Source: Paludibacteraceae bacterium
GTDB taxonomy: Bacteria > Bacteroidota > Bacteroidia > Bacteroidales > Paludibacteraceae
DNA: 38,371 nucleotides
NCBI GenBank assembly: GCA_017652785.1
Contig: JAGCAG010000066.1
Location: forward strand, 1 to 38,371
Reading direction: 5' to 3'
How positions within the stretch are numbered: the stretch's first letter is position 1; every line of letters starts with the position of its first letter. This document shows positions 34,440 through 38,371 of this stretch, piece by piece. The notes beneath the pieces were generated by a model that worked only from the letters and a program-made list of their open reading frames with translations, was not told the DNA's origin and made no database searches. Both the position numbers and the translations under genes were made by a program.

Positions 34440-37400
34440 ATGAAAAGAGAAGAACAGTCATTAAAAAGAGGATTCTCGCTTAGCTTGCGAACTTTGACAA
34501 TTTCGTTGTTGCTTGGAATTTCGTTTGGCGTTTTTGCGCAAACAAGGGTAACGGGTGTGATTGTTGACGAATTTGATGAGCCAATGATTGGGGCGAGTGT
34601 TAGGATTCAAGGAACATCGGTAGGTACTATTACGGACTTCGATGGAAATTTTGAGTTGAATGTTACAAGTTCGAAAGATGTTTTGGAATTCTTCTACATG
34701 GGTTACAAAACTCAAACTTCGGAAGTTGGTGGTCAAACAACATTCAGAATTAAGTTGCAACCAGACAACAAAGTTTTGGAAGAAGTTGTTGTAACAGCGA
34801 TGGGTATTGAGCGTAAAGCGAAGTCGTTGACTTATGCAACTCAATCTGTTTCTGGAGCAGAATTGACTAAAGCGAAAGATTCTCACATTGCAAATTCTTT
34901 GCAAGGGAAGATGGCGGGTTTGGTTATTACTCCAAACTCTTCTGGTGCTGGTGGTGGAGCTTCCAAAATTACTTTGCGTGGTCAAACATCTTTGTTAGGA
35001 AACAATGATGCTTTGATTGTTGTTGACGGTATTCCAATTTCAAATGGTGCTTCTGGTCAGTCTTCTGTTGGTGATGCTGTGTATAGTGGTTCGCGTGATG
35101 GTGGTGACCCATTGTCAAATTATAACTCTGATGATATTGCTAATATTACCGTTTTGAAAGGTGCTAATGCTGCAGCTCTTTATGGTTCTAAGGCGAATAA
35201 TGGTGTTGTCTTGATTACAACAAAGAGTGGTCGTGAAGGCGCTGTTCGTGTTGATATTTCAAGTAATACAACATTTGAAACTCCACTCGTTTTGCCTAAG
35301 TTTCAAAATGTTTATGGTTCTGTGATAACAGGAGATCCTGAAAATGGCTACGAAACTTCGGAATATAGTTGGAGTCACAAGAAATTAGCAGATTATACAG
35401 CTGCTGAGAAGAATTTGTATAGCGCATATATTCCATATTTTACAACAGAGCCAAGAGATAATCTGAAAGAGTATTTTAACTTGGGGATGAACTTTACTAA
35501 CACTATTGCTATTAACGGTGGTTCGGAAAATGCTCGTTCTTATTTCTCTTACGGAAATACAACGGCAAATGGTGTTATGGAGAATAATACATTTAGTCGT
35601 CACAATTTGATGTTTAAACAGAATTTCATTTTGTTTAACAAATACCTAAAATTGGATTTCTCTGCGAACTATATTAATCAAAAAATGGAGAATGTGCCAA
35701 TGTCTGGAGAAGCTCGTAACCCACTTTATTCTTTATATAAGGTAGGTCGTGATGTTGATATGCGTTATTTTAAGGCTAATTACAAACGAGTTGCTCAAAC
35801 TGTTGATGATATTACATTGGGTTCTGTTCAATATAAAAGATTGTTGGGACAAGATATTCAAAACTGGCCATGGGCAGGGGAAAATTACAATAACCCTTAT
35901 TGGTTGGCAGAAAAAACGTATTCTTCTCGTAGTATCAATCGTTTGATTTTGAATGGAACGGCTAATGTGAAGATTATTGAAGGTTTGAATTTCCAGGTTC
36001 GTTATAGCCGAGATCAAACGTTTGATAAGAATATTGACCAGCGTTATGCGACAATTCGCTTCAAAACAAAAGAATCTTCTTCTAACTGGTTATCGCAATC
36101 TCAAAGTGCTGAAACATTTACGGATGCTATCCTTACTTTTGCTAAGGAAGTAGGCCCTATTGGCATTAATGCGACTTTAGGAGGTAGTTATAATAAGTCA
36201 GAATGGTGGTCTTCTAATATGGGAAGTACTGCGGATACGGCAGGTATGATTAACTATTTCTATTTTTCTGATCCTGGTGGATATTTTAGAACAGGAAATG
36301 CTGCAACTGCACAATATGGTATTTATGGTACCTCTTTGGGCGCAGGAGAAAGTTGGGGAGATGACTGGAATGCAGGTGTCTTTGGAACTGCTCAGATTGG
36401 TTTTTGGGATAAGGCTTATATAGACTTTAGTTATCGTCACGATTGGTCAAAAGCATTTAGTCAGTTTAAAGGACAAACTTATACTGTAAAAGATGCAAAA
36501 GGAAACGAAGTTTTGGATAAGAATGGAAATCCTATTGTAAAAAATGCAAAAACATCTTTTGGTTATTGGGCTGTTGGAGCAAACCTTTTGTTAAAGGATT
36601 TGTTTAACATTACCAACAAAAAGATTAATATTATGAAGTTGCGTGCATCTTATTCTCAAGTGGGTAACTCTATCCCTGCAACATTGTATGGTTCATATAC
36701 TTACAATGCTGTTACGGGTACTTACTCTGGTCAGGCATATTCATTTGATAATCCACAACCAGAAACAACATCTTCTTTTGAGGTTGGTTACGACATGGCT
36801 TTGTTTAATAATGCCTTTGATTTTGACATTACCTATTATTATAGTACGATGGTTAACCAATTCTTGTCTGTAGGTACTGTTTCTGGAATGAGCAAACCTA
36901 TTAATACAGGTAAAATCCGTAATACAGGTATTGAGTTTACTGCAAATTATAATTGGAATATCACTAAAGATTTCTCGTGGAGAACAGGTTTGAACTTCTC
37001 TTATAACGACAACTTGATTCTTTCTACTTACAATGATGGAACAGAGTATACTATGGGTTGGGATATCGGTGGTTTCTTGATTAAGTTTAAACCAGGTGGA
37101 TCATATGGTGACTTATATGTACGTGACTATGATAGAGACGAAAATGGTGCAATTATTACAAGTTCGTTGGTAGGTGCTGGTGTTACTAAATATGCAGGAA
37201 ATTCAATGGCTCCATTCTATTATGGTTGGAACAATACATTTAACTACAAAGGTTTTTCTTTCTACTTCTTGTTAGATGGAAAAATTGGCGGAAAGGTTAT
37301 CTCTTATACTCAAGCAAAATTAGATGCTTGGGGTGTATCTGAGGCTACTGGGGTAGATCGTGATGGATTTATTGAATTACCCGATGGACAATTGGTAGAT

Positions 37401-37691
37401 GTTGAAAACTTCTATAAAAAGACAGGTAATGTCCCAATGAGTAATTATGTTTATGATGCGTCAAATTTGCGTCTTCGTGAACTTTCTGTTGGTTATACAT
37501 TCAAAGATTTGTTGGGAGCTTCTAAAAACTTGAGTTTATCTTTTGTGGCAAGAAATTTGTGTTTCTTATATAAATCTTGTCCAGTAGATCCAGATATTTC
37601 GGCTTCTACATCGAATGGTATGGGTGGTATTGACGTATTCGCAATGCCAACGTCAAGAAGTTATGGTTTGAATATAAAAGTTACTTTCTAA
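34440..37691 (+). CDS. SusC/RagA family TonB-linked outer membrane protein
   Basis: About 1083 aa. Carboxypeptidase-regulatory-like N-domain (VTGVIVDEFDEPMIGASVRIQGTSVGTITDFDGNFEL), plug (GLVITPNSSGAGG..TLRG; ITVLKGANAAALYGSKANNGVVLITTK) and a C-terminal ...YGLNIKVTF. There is no STN domain. ATG 34440 is preferred to TTG 34434. Confidence 0.92.
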   Translation: MKREEQSLKRGFSLSLRTLTISLLLGISFGVFAQTRVTGVIVDEFDEPMIGASVRIQGTSVGTITDFDGNFELNVTSSKDVLEFFYMGYKTQTSEVGGQTTFRIKLQPDNKVLEEVVVTAMGIERKAKSLTYATQSVSGAELTKAKDSHIANSLQGKMAGLVITPNSSGAGGGASKITLRGQTSLLGNNDALIVVDGIPISNGASGQSSVGDAVYSGSRDGGDPLSNYNSDDIANITVLKGANAAALYGSKANNGVVLITTKSGREGAVRVDISSNTTFETPLVLPKFQNVYGSVITGDPENGYETSEYSWSHKKLADYTAAEKNLYSAYIPYFTTEPRDNLKEYFNLGMNFTNTIAINGGSENARSYFSYGNTTANGVMENNTFSRHNLMFKQNFILFNKYLKLDFSANYINQKMENVPMSGEARNPLYSLYKVGRDVDMRYFKANYKRVAQTVDDITLGSVQYKRLLGQDIQNWPWAGENYNNPYWLAEKTYSSRSINRLILNGTANVKIIEGLNFQVRYSRDQTFDKNIDQRYATIRFKTKESSSNWLSQSQSAETFTDAILTFAKEVGPIGINATLGGSYNKSEWWSSNMGSTADTAGMINYFYFSDPGGYFRTGNAATAQYGIYGTSLGAGESWGDDWNAGVFGTAQIGFWDKAYIDFSYRHDWSKAFSQFKGQTYTVKDAKGNEVLDKNGNPIVKNAKTSFGYWAVGANLLLKDLFNITNKKINIMKLRASYSQVGNSIPATLYGSYTYNAVTGTYSGQAYSFDNPQPETTSSFEVGYDMALFNNAFDFDITYYYSTMVNQFLSVGTVSGMSKPINTGKIRNTGIEFTANYNWNITKDFSWRTGLNFSYNDNLILSTYNDGTEYTMGWDIGGFLIKFKPGGSYGDLYVRDYDRDENGAIITSSLVGAGVTKYAGNSMAPFYYGWNNTFNYKGFSFYFLLDGKIGGKVISYTQAKLDAWGVSEATGVDRDGFIELPDGQLVDVENFYKKTGNVPMSNYVYDASNLRLRELSVGYTFKDLLGASKNLSLSFVARNLCFLYKSCPVDPDISASTSNGMGGIDVFAMPTSRSYGLNIKVTF

Positions 37692-37715
37692 TAATGATAT
37701 AAGGAGATTTTGAAA

Positions 37716-38371
37716 ATGAAAAAGTATAGTTGGATATTGTTATTACCTTTATTGGTTTTCGCAGGTTGCGAAGATATCAATTATGGAGAACAAGACGACT
37801 CTGGTTTTGGAGGAGGAAGTGGAAATAGTTGGGGAGCTAATACGGTTACTTTCGACGATGCTACGGTTGAGTCTATCGAAGGTCAGCTTATTCAAGGGAT
37901 GGAATATGTGATTGATTTCAGAGAACATAAATATCAGTACCAACGCAATTTGAATGTTGATGTGTATGCTGGTTATATGTCCTTGTGTATGGACTTTGAT
38001 GGTCGTCAGCCATCTACCTATTATTATCCTAATAATCCATTTATCAATGGCCCTTATGGAGAAACTCCAAAATTGTATCCTTACATAGCTCCAGCTATTG
38101 CAGCTGCGTCTGATTTGGGTCGTGGAGATTTGGCTGCGATAGCTAAGATTATGTATGGTTATAGTATGTTGGCTATTGCCGATTGTAATGGTCCTATCGC
38201 TTATTATGATTGGCGAGTGTTGAAGGAGACTTATCCGTTGACGTATCTTTCCCCTAGAGAGGCTTATGGTGCGATTATTCAAGATTTGCGTGATGCCGTA
38301 GATACATTGAATGCTTATCAACCAAGCGTTGCTCAATTAAAGAGAGTAGAAGGAACAACGGCAGGATCTCC
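37716..38371 (+). CDS. SusD/RagB family nutrient-binding lipoprotein (5' part; continues beyond the window)
   Basis: The open frame runs to the window end. It has a lipoprotein signal MKKYSWILLLPLLVFAGC and lies 24 nt downstream of susC-like. The HKYQYQRNLNVDVYAGYM motif resembles SusD-like_2 proteins. It is absent from the ORF track because no stop falls in the window. Confidence 0.75.
   Translation, partial: MKKYSWILLLPLLVFAGCEDINYGEQDDSGFGGGSGNSWGANTVTFDDATVESIEGQLIQGMEYVIDFREHKYQYQRNLNVDVYAGYMSLCMDFDGRQPSTYYYPNNPFINGPYGETPKLYPYIAPAIAAASDLGRGDLAAIAKIMYGYSMLAIADCNGPIAYYDWRVLKETYPLTYLSPREAYGAIIQDLRDAVDTLNAYQPSVAQLKRVEGTTAGS

Noticed and set aside
34331-34483. A possible leader peptide or uORF in the susC leader (ATG 34331).
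   Set aside because: On careful reading the frame runs 50 codons and ends at TAG 34481-34483, inside the susC coding region. It has a Phe/Asn/Lys-rich composition dictated by the AT-rich DNA. There is no evidence of function.
34461-38336. Antisense ORFs inside the susC-like and susD-like genes (34461-34985, 35733-36017, 36198-36440 and 37749-38336 on the - strand).
   Set aside because: They are shadow frames of well-supported + strand genes. The 37749-38336 ORF only appears prominent because the true susD-like frame has no stop in the window and is missing from the ORF track.
1-38371. A window-wide scan for CRISPR-like spaced repeats, long direct or inverted repeats, IS ends, and integrase, transposase or defence-type genes.
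   Set aside because: I found nothing beyond short hairpins and the recurring 8-nt promoter box. This was a by-eye search only. A self-dot-plot or repeat finder would be needed to exclude diverged repeats.

Overview
This window looks like a Bacteroidota (Bacteroidales-like) chromosomal segment made up almost entirely of housekeeping genes. The taxon call rests on a SusC/SusD pair, TonB-dependent receptors, a GH92 enzyme and recurring TAnnTTTG -7 promoter boxes.

Genes from left to right:
- the tail of a cytidylate-kinase-like gene, then a GH92 alpha-mannosidase
- a short GC-rich frameshifted gene relic followed by three stem-loops
- a YjjG-like HAD hydrolase (- strand)
- methylmalonyl-CoA mutase mutA and mutB
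- a TPP riboswitch in front of a TonB-dependent receptor
- cinA and recQ (- strand)
- a four-subunit 2-oxoacid:ferredoxin oxidoreductase run directly into hisH-hisF (- strand)
- two tandem tRNA-Asn genes, then obg and dxr
- an lptF/G-like permease, ribBA and a DUF5009-like membrane protein (- strand)
- an orphan + strand ORF
- a bifunctional nuclease, a nucleoside MFS permease and an S41 protease (- strand)
- prfB with its +1 frameshift, ribE and an unknown exported protein
- a gate-domain membrane protein (- strand)
- a PRiA4_ORF3-like protein, miaA and a LysE exporter
- the start of a SusC/SusD locus

I found no CRISPR array, transposase, integrase, recognisable defence gene or toxin-antitoxin pair. 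I cannot point to a convincing new multi-gene system.

The items most worth a second look:
- the orphan ORF at 24.1-24.8 kb
- the kor-hisH-hisF arrangement, which lacks hisA
- the GC-rich relic plus hairpin cluster at 2.5-2.8 kb
- the SPY (not SPF) tripeptide in RF2

Several ORF-track starts are TTG-initiated N-terminal extensions that I shortened.
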